Positions 30,032 through 42,794 are shown, counted from the stretch's first letter. The stretch is 64,000 bases of DNA from Chlorokybus atmophyticus (GCA_009103225.1 RHPI01001116.1:182777-246776), one strand, 5' to 3'. Notes: a model not told the origin generated them from the letters alone. Numbers and translations: made by a program.

Positions 30032-33027
30032 TGTAACGGGAGCAATAATAATAGGGGTATTATTGCTACCTGAATAACACATTTTGTATGAATAAGTATT
30101 TAAATATGCTTATTTATACCTCTTTTCTACGGTTCCTCGCTTATTAAAGGCTATGATGCTTTATCATAGCTTAAATAAGTCCCAATGGGTGTAGAACCGC
30201 TTATTCAAGCCTATTTAGTGTCACATTTGATATAATGTGATCACTATCTCGTTAGGTACCTTACGATAGGTATCTTTGGATAGGTACCTTATCGATAGGT
30301 ACCTTATCTGAGCTGTGATTGGCTCACGCTAGATTTCCTAACCTACCCTATCTGTAGGGTCGATGTCTAGTTGTGAGTTAATTATCGAGAGTTATATAGT
30401 TGATATACTCTTGATATAAAAGGTCACATCAATCTGATGTGGGGACTTTCAGTTCTCTGCTCAGTGGCGGCCACGCCGTCGAAAGGCTTGTCATAGGCGG
30501 TGTGGGTGTTGGGGTAGAGGATTGAAGGGGCATCACCGGCGACGGTGGTGCTGTTACATTGGTATCGGAGCAGTCCTTCCGCAAGATGACAGACCATGTG
30601 CATATGAAAGCAGAAAGTTCATTCCTGCTGAACGTAATTACACAACCACTGAGCAGGAATTGCTCGGGGTGGTGCACGCGCTGCGCACATGGCGTTGCTA
30701 CTTGGAAGGGGTGGAGTTTTCAGTGATTACTGATCACAACCCGCTCACATTCTTTCATACGCAACAAAATCTGTCGAGGCGGCAAGCTAGGTGGAATGAA
30801 TTCATTTCTCGTTTCACTTTCACTTGGCAATACCGTCCGGGTCGCACCAATGTGGCGGATCCACTAAGTCGCAGCCCTGCTCTTTTGGCACTTACGCGCT
30901 CTCGAAGTACGCGTAATGTACAACAGCCTGAAGACCCTTTCTTAAAGGAAGTGTCCGCAGGTTATAACTCAGATGTTTGGTTTAGCAGTCAAACCAACTT
31001 GCAACAGCTTACTGCTGTTAGCAATCTGTGGTATAAAGGGGAGCAGTTGGCAATTCCCAACTCGGGCGACTTACGTAAGCAATGCTTACATTCAGTGCAT
31101 GACCCGCCGTATGCTGGGCATTTGGGGAAACACAAAACACTCAAATCTGCGCAACAGTTATACTGGTGGCCGTCAATGTCAGCTGACGTGGATCAATATG
31201 TTCGCACATGTGACGTGTGTCAACGTAATAAGCCACTACGACAAAAACAAGCGGGATTGCTTAAACCATTGGCAATTCCAGAACAAAAATGGGATAGTGT
31301 CAGTATGGATTTGATTACTGACCTACCTGAAACAGCAGCTAAATACACTGCTATTGTGGTTTTTGTCGACCGTTTGACTAAAATGGTGCATTTTGCCCCG
31401 TGTTGCACAACTGTAAGTGCACGGGACTTGGCACACTTATTTGTGTCCACGGTCTTTCGCGTTCACGGTATACCGCGTGAACTTGTCACAGATCGTGATC
31501 CTCGTTTTGTCTCCAAGTTTTGGCGAGAAGTCTGTGAATTGTTGGGGGTAAAACAAAGCATGTCGACTGCTTTCCACCCGCAAACAGACGGTCAAACTGA
31601 GCGAGCAAATCAAATACTGGAAGAGATGCTTCGCCACTATGTGGCTCCTAATCATGCTGATTGGGACAGGTACTTGCCAATGGCAGAGTTTGCTGTGAAC
31701 AACGCGTGGCAAGAAAGTGTAAAGGAAACCCCATTTTTCTTGAATTATGGGATTCGCCCAAACACACCAGCGTCATTGCGTGTACCTCGCAATGCCCTGA
31801 CTGTGCCAGCGGCAAAGGAATTTGCCACTAATATGCAAGAAAATTTGGCTCGAGCCAAGCTGTGTCTGTCAGAAGCACAGGACAGGCAAAAAGCTTATGC
31901 TGATACACATCGAAAAATGGCCACTTTTGATGTCGGCGATAAAGTTTTGCTGAGTGCAAAAACATAACCATCAAAGGTACGGGTGCTCGCAAGTTGCTGC
32001 CCCGATGGTTAGGTCCTTTCTCTATCACTGATAGAGTTGGTACGCACGCTTATCGACTGCAATTGCCCCCAAGTGTGCGTATACACAACGTGTTTCATGT
32101 AAACTTGTTGAAACCTTACCGCTCAGACGGTAGAACACAGCCTCCACCACCGCCAGTTGAGGTGGACAGCGAGCTCGAATACGAGGTGGAAGCTATATTG
32201 AACCATAAGCTAAATGGTCGAGGACGCGCAACTCGCTATTTGGTGAAATGGAAAGGGTATGGCCCGGAACATAACAGTTGGGAGCCCGACAGGCATCTTA
32301 CGCACTGCCGCGAGTTGCTTCGAGCTTATTGGGATTCATGTCCTGTCCCATAAACTGTGGGCTTGGTTTTATGACAGACTGGCAGTGCAGTTTCATTACC
32401 ACCCTGTCATTTCCCGCTATCTCACTGGTTACAATTACTCGAAATCAAGCCTGATCAACTTGAGTTCAACGAGGACGTTGAAAACCTAAGTGGGGGGGAA
32501 TGTAACGGGAGCAATAATAATAGGGGTATTATTGCTACCTGAATAACACATTTTGTATGAATAAGTATTTAAATATGCTTATTTATACCTCTTTTCTACG
32601 GTTCCTCGCTTATTAAAGGCTATGATGCTTTATCATAGCTTAAATAAGTCCCAATGGGTGTAGAACCGCTTATTCAAGCCTATTTAGTGTCACATTTGAT
32701 ATAATGTGATCACTATCTCGTTAGGTACCTTACAATAGGTATCTTTGGATAGGTACCTTATCGATAGGTACCTTATCTGAGCTGTGATTGGCTCACGCTA
32801 GATTTCCTAACCTACCCTATCTGTAGGGTCGATGTCTAGTTGTGAGTTAATTATCGAGAGTTATATAGTTAATATACTCTTGATATAAAAGGTCACATCA
32901 ATCTGATGTGGGGACTTTCAGTTCTCTGCTCAGTGGCGGCCACGCCGTCGAAAGGCTTGTCATAGGCGGTGTGGGTGTTGGGGTAGAGGATTGAAGGGGC
33001 ATCACCGGCGACGGTGGTGCTGTTACA
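30032..33027 (+). mobile_element. Ty3/Gypsy chromovirus internal-deletion derivative: LTR-PBS-[RNase H C-part, integrase, chromodomain]-PPT-LTR
   Basis: 527-bp LTRs at 30032-30558 and 32501-33027 (TG..CA, 2 differences seen), TSD TAGTA on both sides, PBS TGGTATCGGAGC, PPT AAGTGGGGGGGAA. Coding: GIGAVL..AYESRKF..AERNY (RH), integrase HDPPYAGH..C..C, WDSVSMD..VTDRD..QTERAN..LEEML, chromodomain YEVEAIL..YLVKWKGYGPEHNSWEP. A 1-nt frameshift lies at ~31960. No gag, protease or RT. Confidence 0.95.
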
Positions 33028-33029
33028 TA

Positions 33030-36000
33030 GTAGGTGTTTGCTCAGTGCCACAGCACACAGCCGCCAGCACCTGCAGATTCTCATCATCCACTGGAATCTC
33101 GCGGGCGGTGCCCTGCATGGGTCGCACACTATGAGCACGACCAGCAACCAATTGAACAAATAAATACGGAACACAGATAACAAACCGAACTTCCTTTGTG
33201 ATGCTGCGCATCCAGTGCTTCAAACACTCTCGCCTGGCATTCCCCCATCCGAACATGCGTATAGAATCCGCATTACCCGTTTTCATAGACGCATGTGCTC
33301 ATTTGGCTTATCAACATAAGTGGCCACTTGATCGTCACGCTCTGCACATGCACTCCATCAGTTGTCAGTGTCATAGGCGGTTCACTTGTGGACATTTTAG
33401 CCAAATACACGCGACACACGTCCCGCACTTGTTGGCATGCAGTGACAAAAGCATAGACCGTGAACTGATGGATAATTACACAATTACCTTCAGCTCGGCG
33501 CGTGTGTAATGAATCGGTGTCTTGCCATGCATGAGCCTTTGCGACTTGATAGGTATAAACGGCTGCACGATGTCGTCCTCCATGAAAAACACTTGCAGCC
33601 AATTCATAAATCTGCACGCTGTATGTGCAGCATGGCTTATCCACCTCGGCAATCTGAAGGGTGGTGGCAATGGCCACGGGTACAACTGGGTTACGGCTTG
33701 ATGATTGCATGTCGATGTCAAGATTTCACCTTTGTCGTTATCGTCTGCATGTCCATACCTCATGGACAGACATGGTGTGAGGTAACATAACACATCAGCT
33801 GTACATAAGCTGACTTCACTTCGAATGGCATTGCCATATGTTCAAGATTGCATTTTCACATTGCACACAGTCCTTACCTAAATTTGAGCCAAGTAGCCCG
33901 CATCACGTCATCTCGAAGGGGGCCGTCGCTTAAGGGGCACCATAGAACTACTGTCTGCGAAGGGCTGTAGTCGTCTGAGCTGAAAACTCTGCCCCACCCT
34001 GCAGACCAGCAACGAGCTGCTGTGCCGTGTGTAGCAGTTCGCTCTGTTTCTCGAGCATGCGCACAAAGCTGGACCCGCCGCTCCCTGTACTGTCCTGAGC
34101 GTCACCTTGTTCCTCTGTTACGCCCCTCCGATAAGTTCATTGGCGTATGTAATATGCCCAATGCTCTGCCAAGCAAAAGTTATGAGTGACATGTCCACAA
34201 AGCTGCTTTATCTCATAGGCACCGTCGAGCCTACGACTTATTCACCTCCTTTCAACCTGGATCATGGATCTGCTCCCACTGCTATAGCTTGTTGGTGAAT
34301 TTGTCCTTGTTTTGCACATGGGTGGAGTGCTCCGAGGAAAATTTTACCCCCAGGAAGCTGTCCCTAGTTTCTTGGCCGTATGTTGTCAGGGTGAAATACT
34401 TAGCTGGCAGAAGGCACTGCGGTCACCATTGTTACACTATGCACAAAGTACCTAAGCTTCCAGGTGACAAAAGGCTCACATAGCAGTCTATAGCACGAAG
34501 CTTGATGTTGCTGCAATAATCAGTGCCAAAGTTATATAGCGAACAAAGCACAACGCATGCGCACAACGCACGCGCGTAACAATAAAACACTGTCGGATTT
34601 TGACAACGAAAACTTCCAAATAAATGTACTTCCAGTGCCAGTGTGACCTAGGTTCGTTGGAGTGGCCTATGCGGTCGCTTGTGACGCCGCTGTTGGCATG
34701 AGCATGTCTTGCACACTGCTCAGTCCAGTCAGCTTGTGACTTGGCTAAGGCACGAGCCTTAGAAATACTGCTACTAATATGAGCTGATATCGATCAGTTA
34801 CGAGTCTGTAGCAGTCTGTAGCAGATATTGAGTCCACTATGCGGAGTATGACCAAGCGGGACACTCCGGACTTGCTCATGAGGCTGGCGCAGCCTGACGC
34901 AGCCAACGCCTTGGGAGAACGGCGAGAACTCCGCGTATACGCCTTAGGAGGCGTGGCTTAGCTTGTTGGAAAGCTTTGGCTGTAAGCTAGACAGCTATGC
35001 TTACATATTGGCAATCTGCTAAATATAACTCTTGCGGTGCTTGCTAAAGTAGACATGTGTAGTATGGCTGGTATAGAAGCTAGCGGAATTAACAAGTTGT
35101 TTGGTTCAGGTGAAACCCGTTTGCAAGCCTTGTGTGCATGCCTTGTGTGTATGTTCTGGTGCATGTGTATGCTGTAGTTGGCCAGTGCTAGCTCAGTGTT
35201 CAACAAAGAGGTCCTTCAAGAAGGCCCTCTTTTTTTCAAGTGCTCCAATTCACCAGTGGTTCCAAAAAAAGGCTCTGAACTGTTTGGGAGCTGATCAGTG
35301 GGGACAAAAAGCAAAGGCATGAGGAAAGACTCTTGTGAGGAAATGCGCTTCTCGCCATTGAGCACAAAGACACTGGCAACATTGCAGCTGTGCTTTATAG
35401 TGGTTGTTGAGCTGAAGCCGTCGACGTGGATCAGCAGTGCAATATTGCGAGGGTCGCCAAGAGCTTGCTGTACCATCTGATGGTTGCTTTTGTGGCACCC
35501 TAAGCATTCAAATGTCACGTGATTGCCTGCGTTGTGATGCTCCAAGCTGACATCCGGGATGTGGTGACAGAATGCGTAGGACACATGCAGCTTGATTTTG
35601 GGGCGAAGGTCCCGAAGCTGCAGTGATGCCGCTTCTTCGCACCATGCCAATACTCGGTGTTTTCAGCGGGTACTTGTTCCACATGGACGCGCATCCATTC
35701 ATCTTTGTGGCGCTTTTCCTCCAAATAGTCGTGAGCGATTGAAGGGGCAGCTAACTTGGCGCTGAGCCAGGCACTTATACAATTCAAGATGTCGCAACAC
35801 TCTTTGCAAGCCTGCCGCATCCCCCTCCGCATGGTGTATTGCGAAGGCGAGTTATCATTGTTTGCTTGGTCTCGCCCATGTCTCAACCCTCGTCATCTTC
35901 GTTAAGTGTAGGATAAGGTGCATGAAACAGATACTTGCATGTGAGACAGACGGTCAGGCGCTTAGGACCAGGCATGCCGAGCGCGGCCATTAGTTTATCC

Positions 36001-36430
36001 ATGGCGGCATTGACTGCCGGCAGCTCATCCGCGACAGGGCTGTGCGCATTGTGTCGCCCATAAGGCTGGCAATGTCATTCCGCAGCTGCTCATGTTAAAA
36101 AGGAACCTTCAAGGCCAGCTTGGCAACATAATTTATGTGGCCAGTATGAGCTTCATGATCTTGTTAATGAGAGCAACCTGGATACCAGAATCTACAAGAG
36201 CTGTCACGGTGTTCAAGTGGATGCCCAGCCACTTCTTCGTAGCAGACTCTGATGGTGGCTGCCCCGGCTCGAGAGGTTGACCGGGGGGAATAGGTGGTGC
36301 CCACCTGCTTGCGGCAACTGCCAGTTCAAGTGCACGGTGCGCCCTTGCAATTGCTTCGTCCACCATCTATGATGACAGAGCTTGATTACCCAGCCAGTAA
36401 TAGACACCAATCCACGGCGCCATGCTATCA
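33030..36430 (-). pseudogene. degenerate CACTA/EnSpm-type transposase relic, interrupted by a solo LTR
   Basis: LGDPRNIALLIHVDGFS..VFVLNGEKRISSQESFLMPLLFVP (35216-35650), PSIAHDYL..KDEW..EYWHG and LNTVTALVDSGIQVALINKIMK align by eye with the transposase at 51.6-52.8 kb. A weakly C-terminal-like segment (SLHTRRAEGNCVII) lies at ~33.5 kb. Confidence 0.75.
34691..35205 (+). mobile_element. solo LTR related to the Copia LTRs at 54.5 and 58.5 kb
   Basis: TGTTG...CAACA termini. The 3' half shares ctccgcgtatac, agcttgttggaaagct(t/c)tgg and gtgcttgc..a(a)gtagac..ggctggtata with the Copia LTR. Flanks gccgc and aagag do not form a TSD. Confidence 0.75.
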
Positions 36431-36611
36431 AAATTTATAAACAAGACACACGCGTGCATGGGCTGTGTCAAAGACCGGACCGATCAGTGTTTATAAAATC
36501 TTGAGATTCTAGTCTTAAAGTCACAACAATGGCTGATTGCATAAGTCGTAGACACTGGATAGTGCCTATGAGTCTTTGGTATAACGGAGTGCTATCTCTT
36601 TAGAGGTTCCA

Positions 36612-37641
36612 TGTAATAATTGGGGCCCGACCACTAGGCTATGGTAGTAAAAGACACTATCATAAGTGAGGTTTATCACAGTTTATCCCAATTCATGACA
36701 TTCCTCCCCCATTTTACCCATGAGTTCCTCACAATCCAATGAGGCACTAGCCCATGTCGCCTTGTTCGCGACCGTACCACGATCGGTCTGCCCGCGGTGT
36801 AACGAGAAGATACATTAAATTACCACAAATCGACCATAAAAGCATCAAGTCTTTTATGGTCGAGTGGGCTGTGACATTGGTATCGCAGCTTGAGACCCGG
36901 GTTCAAGCCTTGCATACGAATTCCGCGGTCGTTGTTTCTCGATCCAGTATTATCCCGTATATGGTCACTTCGTAAGTGCCATCATCGATGGGTTGCGACT
37001 TGCCTAATGGCAGTCGTGCCGGCGTTCAATCGGCGCGGCAGGGCGCGACCTGCCCGTCACGATGCGACCTGTGGGGCCGGCAGCGGTGCGCTATGCGCGC
37101 GTTGATCGGTATGGGCCTAAATTGGCCGGGCTTTGGGAAGTGGGGCTGGTGATCGACATTAATCAGACCTCTGAGATGATTCCCCAGCTGATGGGAGCCA
37201 GCTGCCGAGGACGTCATCGTTCTTAAGTGGGGGGGAATGTAACGGGAAGGTACATCAGATTACCACAACATAAAAGCACCAAGTCTTTTATGGTCGAGTG
37301 GGCTGTGACACGCGGCCTGTTGGATCCGACCCACGAATGGCCCTGACCAACCGAACGGCCATCCTTACCACGCGACCTGCCATCGCATCGCGACCGCTCA
37401 CGCGGCCTTAGGTTGAACTGGTTCGGCGCGCAGGTCGTGATCCCGCGCCCAGCCTAGGGCAAGCCGCCCCAAATGTTTTGGTTTTTGCCTTGGATCTGCC
37501 TCAGTCCCCTACGGGAATTGAACTTGAGACGTCAAGCTCCATTATCATTGTAACAATTGGGGCCCGACCGCTAGGCTCTGGTAGTAAAAGACACTACCAT
37601 GAGTGAGGTTTGCATGTCTCGAATTGGGATAAATTGTAACA
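36612..37641 (-). mobile_element. TRIM-C: non-coding mini LTR retrotransposon with 89/94-bp LTRs, containing nested TRIM-A
   Basis: Direct repeats 36612-36700 and 37548-37641 with TG..CA ends; degenerate PBS (reverse complement of 37535-37547); PPT GGGGGAGGAA (36701-36710); flanks ttcca and ttccc (4/5 TSD match). Confidence 0.75.
36798..37310 (+). mobile_element. TRIM-A: 513-bp terminal-repeat retrotransposon in miniature
   Basis: LTRs 36798-36876 (79 bp) and 37238-37310 (73 bp), TG..CA; PBS TTGGTATCGCAGC; PPT AAGTGGGGGGGAA; perfect TSD CGCGG; no ORF. Confidence 0.93.
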
Positions 37642-40507
37642 TTCCCCGCCCTTATTTGGGATCAAATGAGGGTCCCAACGGGTATATACAGCCAATTAAA
37701 CCGTATTAGGGCCGTTGACCTAGTGTTGAGGCCCTGAATTATTTGTAACATTGATATCAACATGAGACTCACGTCCCATGTCGATATGAGCTGTATGGCG
37801 GCACTGCTAACGCAGTAACAGCCGCCATAGCTAGGGGATCTTCTGCTCCGGCAGTTGCCCCTGGCGGCGGCGGTAAGGACGACGTGGCTGGAGGTGGTGT
37901 TGGGTACGGGATTGAAGGGAGGAGGTAGCACCCCCTGTCCTTACATTGGTATTAAAGCAAGGGCGTCGAGGGGTCTTTCGGGGGCGGCGACGGCTTGGGT
38001 GGTTGTGTGGCGGCAGCGGCGGCGGCGGCAACTAGCAACCGCTACCCACTTGGGTGGGTAGTAGTGGTTGATTGCTAGTTGGTCTTGTGGTTGATTGTTG
38101 TAATAGTAGTCACTGTTCCTGGTGTAGCTTAGCCATGCTTGTTTGCTTAGCCTAGCCTACCTAGCCTAGCTTGCTGTCAGGGGAGGCGGCCACTCAAGCC
38201 TCTCTTGTAAGCATTGCATGCCCAGCACATCATGTAGTGTGAATCACAACAACATTGAACACTTGTGTGTGCTTGTGGGCTTGCCACCACATGGATTCGT
38301 AGTGGTGTGAAGGTTTTTGAAGTTGTTATCTTTACATTATCAACCCTTGTGATGCAATCTGGTGGCAACATCGGATGTCGTGCCAGTCAACGCGGTGGGG
38401 CTGGCAGAGTCATTCTCCGCGGTCAATATCAGACTCACAACTCACAACTTGTCGATATTGACCTATAGGTTGATATCGACAACGAAATTTTGACACCTTG
38501 TGCGTCGATTGCAATTGCGAGTTGAGCTGAGTTGTACAAACTGAAAACTATGAGATGCTATAAGTTGTGAACTGACGAGTGGATTCGCGTGCTGTTTGTT
38601 TCAAAGCAAGTGTCTACTTAAGAGGTGTGTGGAAAGCTCTTGTTTTAAAATACTTCACGCTAAGCACATGAAACTTGACGAGGCAAAATTAATAAATTTT
38701 AACACTTTTAAAGCGCACAACTTGTGTGTTTGTGCACTTGCACACTTCCATTACTGACGGCTTGTGTCCTTGGGCAGATATCTGACCAAGGAGACAAGGT
38801 CACCCCACATGGTGTGGGGTATCCTTCCATAGCTAAGAAGTGAACATTATATGAGCCATCTAGTGATGAGGAAGTGAAGGACAAGAAGGCACGCAGAAGA
38901 GCGATGTTTCTTTCAACGAGTCTTCTTAAGGTGGACTAGTGGACACTCAGAGTGTCATTGGCGGGGCCATTGAGAAGTATGCCTTAGAGCGTAAGGATCA
39001 GCTTGCTGCCCACCCTAAGCTTCGTCAGGGAACGTGGGATGCATGGGCGCAGAGGGTTTGTAATGGCTATTAGACAGACTTTGTCACACTCCCTCGCGCA
39101 AGCAAGGAGATGATGATCCGCATGCTTGAGCGCGAGTTTACGAACAACATCCCGCCACGTCGTGCGAGGTGATTCAAGAGTAGCTGCTCTCATGACCATA
39201 TATGATACGCCACTTTCATACAAAGGGAAGCGCATGGCGTTTGAGGCGTTGGCCAACTTGATGGTAGGAACCTCACAGCGTTGCAAGGACGTGTTCTGGT
39301 ACTTGGGACCTAAGTTGAAAACAAGTTGACAGGCCGAGTGAAGTTGGCGGCACGCCTCGATGATATGCAAGCTGAGTTGGTGGCGCTGCGCCAACCGGTG
39401 GCGGGTGCATCAGCGGGGCTGCCTATTATAGCGCTGAACACGCCTGAGAAGCTCAAGCCCGACGGCAGTGTCAGCATCCATAACTGGGTGGTCACTCTTG
39501 AGCACTGATTCACAGCACTGAAGTGCCCAATTGGTAAGCACATTGCTGTTGCTGAGTTGCTCATGCTATCTGACGCTCTCGTAGAGTGGGCGAGGCAGAC
39601 AGAGGATGGTGCGGCCAAGACAGTGGAAGCGCTATTCAAGTTTTTTGTGGAGCGCTATGGTGGCATGGATCCGGCTACTCAGGCTTGCAACAAACTCACC
39701 AAGTTGCGATAGAATGACCGGGTGGATTCAATCTACTTGCTGAAGTTCCAAGTATTCGTGGGTCGCGTGAATAGTGGCCTCATGCCCATGGATAAGGATC
39801 AATATGAGTTGTACAAGCGCAATTTGGATGCGCGTGTGCGTGATCATCTGCAATACACGGCAACGACCCTTTCTTCAGTTCCTAAGGACTTGGCCAACCT
39901 GCAGAAGTTGAGCGTGAATCTGTATAGTGGTGTCACAGCGGTGCAGGAGAAGGCACATGTGGCAGCCGCAGCCAAGCTGAAGGGGTGGGAGGAAAGCGTT
40001 ACTCTCAGCCAAGTGCACACACGGCAAAGAAGGGGAAGACATTTACGCCTCACACTGGTGGCACATCTGCTGGTGGTGCTACACCTGCTTCGGCTCGCAC
40101 TTGCTACGTCATCAATCGGGCCACATTCGAAAAAACGGCCCCGCAACAAAGGGCAATTGCCTTGCAAAGCCGAGAAGGTTGAATAGGATTACGCCGTGCC
40201 TAATTCGGATGCGATACATAGCCGGTTGCTTGAGATGCAAGCGTTCTCTGCCATTTGTAGCGTCATGCTGCCGGCGCCGTGACATGCTTGTCATCGGCGG
40301 TGTGGGGGTATTGGGGCAGAGGATTGAAGGGACGGCGGCCTCATAGGCGCCGTGGTTATTATAGTATGTGTCACCAATGGTGCCGTGTTGGCTGATGATA
40401 AGAGGTGGAAGAGATGGGGAGATCTCCGTGGAAAGAGTTTCAGCCTTCCTTCACGCGTTTGCAAGCTGGTTTGCTGATGTGTTCCAAATGCATGTCATGA
40501 CACATGC

Positions 40508-41400
40508 TGTAACAACTACGGCGCCTATGAGGCCGCCGTCCCTTCAATCCTCTGCCCCAATACCCACACCGCCGATGACAAGCCTGTCACGGCGCCGGCA
40601 GCATGACGCTACAGATGGCAGAGAACGCAATGAGGTCTCATCAGGTGATGAGACCTGCAATATCAAGCATGTATCACATATATGTGTTTTAATATCGAAC
40701 TTACAATCAGATATTACCTCTATAGATAGGGTAGCCGTTAGAAATTCAGCGTGAGCCAACAGGAGCTTATATATCCAACGATAGAGTATTTAATGATAAG
40801 GTACCTATCGCGATTATCGGCTATAGTGATTGCATATATGATATGCGACCTTAGATAGGCTTGAATAGGCGGATCTACACCCACTGGGACTTACCAAGGC
40901 CATAATAAAGTATAAGCTTTGATAAGCGAGAAACCATAAAAAAGAGGTATAGATAAGCATTTACATATACTTATCTACACAGAAGATATCATTTAGGTAG
41001 CAATGAAACCCCTATAATTATTGCTCCCGTTACATTCCCCCCCACTTAGGTTTTCAACGTCCTCACTGAACTCAAATTGTTCAGGCTTAGTCCCAAGTCA
41101 ATGACACCAGTGAGATAGCAGAAAATGATAGGGTGGTAATGAAACTGCACTGCCTGTCTGTCATATAGCAAACCCACAGCTCACGGGGTGGGATGTCTAT
41201 CCCAGTAAGCTCGAAGCAACTTACGGCAGTGTGTGAGATGCCTGTCGGGCTCCCAACTGTTATGTTTCGGCCATACCCTTTCCATTTAACCAAATAGCGG
41301 GTCGCGCGTCCACGCTTGTTTAGCTTATGGTCCAAGATAGCCTCCACCTCGTGAGTACTTATAGGCGGTGGCCTCCTGCTTCCAACCATTCGTAAGGCGG
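40508..41400 (-). mobile_element. 3' end of a chromoviral Gypsy element (chromodomain remnant, PPT, 527-bp LTR) related to the 30-33 kb family
   Basis: LTR 40508-41034 begins tgtaacgggagcaataat on the minus strand; PPT at 41035-41048; HEVEAILDHKLNKRGRATRYLVKWKGY upstream; the element is lost near the N-gap. Confidence 0.85.
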
Positions 41401-42358
41401 CAGCAGCAGCCTCCCATTCGTCCACGCGCCCTCAAGTCCAAGTTTGCTTCCCTGCGCTAACTCCGCGTGCCACAAGCTATAAACGCCGGCGACGTGTGAG
41501 ATACCCCCNNNNNNNNNNNNNNNNNNNNNNNNNNNNNNNNNNNNNNNNNNNNNNNNNNNNNNNNNNNNNNNNNNNNNNNNNNNNNNNNNNNNNNNNNNNN
41601 NNNNNNNNNNNNNNNNNNNNNNNNNNNNNNNNNNNNNNNNNNNNNNNNNNNNNNNNNNNNNNNNNNNNNNNNNNNNNNNNNNNNNNNNNNNNNNNNNNCC
41701 CCTCCCCCCCGTACACTTGCTTGCCAGTGCACGTGGGTCGCACGTGCATGAGTGACAGCTTGGCCAGTGCATGCCTGCTTGTCAGTTGCTTGGCGGTGCA
41801 CATTACTGCTGTCGTTGCGTGCGCTTGCTGGTGCGTAAGTGTGCGGCCTGCCAGTGTATGCCATCTTGTCACACATCACCGCACTGTCATTGAGAGTGAG
41901 TTGTACATGATTGCTTGCAGTGATTGCTTATCATATCATTGTACGCAGTAATTACTTGCAATGGTTGCTAACAGTGATTACTTGTAGTAATTGGTATTAA
42001 CTGGCTAATCACTATTTGTTGCTTATCATTGGCTATCACTACCCATCACTGCAACTCAACTCTCTGTGATTGGCTTACGCCAAGTCCGCAGGTCCCAACT
42101 CGGGCTGTTTCCGAACCCTCCCCCTCTGGCTTTTGGCCTGGAGATCGAGACTTGATTTGGGACAGTGTGAGGAAGGGCTAGGACATTCTTGTCCCATTTA
42201 GACTTGTTTTGTTTGGTAACCCTTTGGATCAGACCTTTCTATTTTAGAATTAATTTAAATCTGTTTGGGACTTTGTCAGCCTGGGGTCATTTTAAACGTC
42301 TTGTTAAGCTGAGTTCATTTGAGGTTCTCACTTCTCCATTTTGCCTTGTTTTAGGGCA

Positions 42359-42794
42359 AATGGCTGAGGCAAGTGCATCCGGGGCGATTCCTTCTGTGGA
42401 GGGGGATGCGCCCAACAAAGAAGTTATCTCCCGCCAGGATGAGTTTCCTTCCATGAAAGAGGTGCCACCACCTTCACCTGAACTGGAGGGTGCTTTTTAT
42501 AAGGATGATGAGGATGTCTCGTTCAATGAACGATCACAGCCCGAGTCGGCTTTGTCGTTGCAAATTAAAAAGACGAAAGCTGTGAACAATGTCATGGAGG
42601 TATTTCACAAAGACCCTCGTGGTGCAATGGGGATACTTGCTGGGTTTTATGTCGAGCAAGGTATTGAACTGCGTGATGCGCACAACGAGGAGCCGTAAAA
42701 AGAGGTATGAATAAGCATTTACATGCACTTATCTACACAAAATATGTCATTTGGGTGGCAATCTTACCTCAATTAACATTGCTCCCATTATACA
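42359..42794. mobile_element. probable retroelement fragments: short acidic + strand ORF fused to the 5' ~100 bp of a 527-bp-family LTR (minus strand)
   Basis: ORF MAEASASGAIPSVEG...DAHNEEP* has no recognised domain; 42695-42794 resembles the start of the 30032 and 41034 LTRs. Confidence 0.4.

Larger units (their letters stand above)
36580..40363 (+). mobile_element. degenerate Gypsy element: 5' LTR (36580-37945, interrupted by TRIMs), PBS, gag relic, LTR fragment
   Basis: After removing the insert at 36612-37641, the LTR matches 48930-49263 by eye. PBS-like TTGGTATTAAAGC at 37946; gag-like frames with stops at 39326-40190 and a broken zinc knuckle (TCYV..GHIRKNGP); followed by the 3' end of a different LTR (40241-40363). 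No pol. Confidence 0.7.

Noticed and set aside
36857-36909. Bona fide tRNA gene at the A/B boxes of TRIM-A
   Set aside because: There is no acceptor or anticodon stem; the boxes straddle the LTR end and PBS, so they are reported as a TRIM promoter hypothesis instead.
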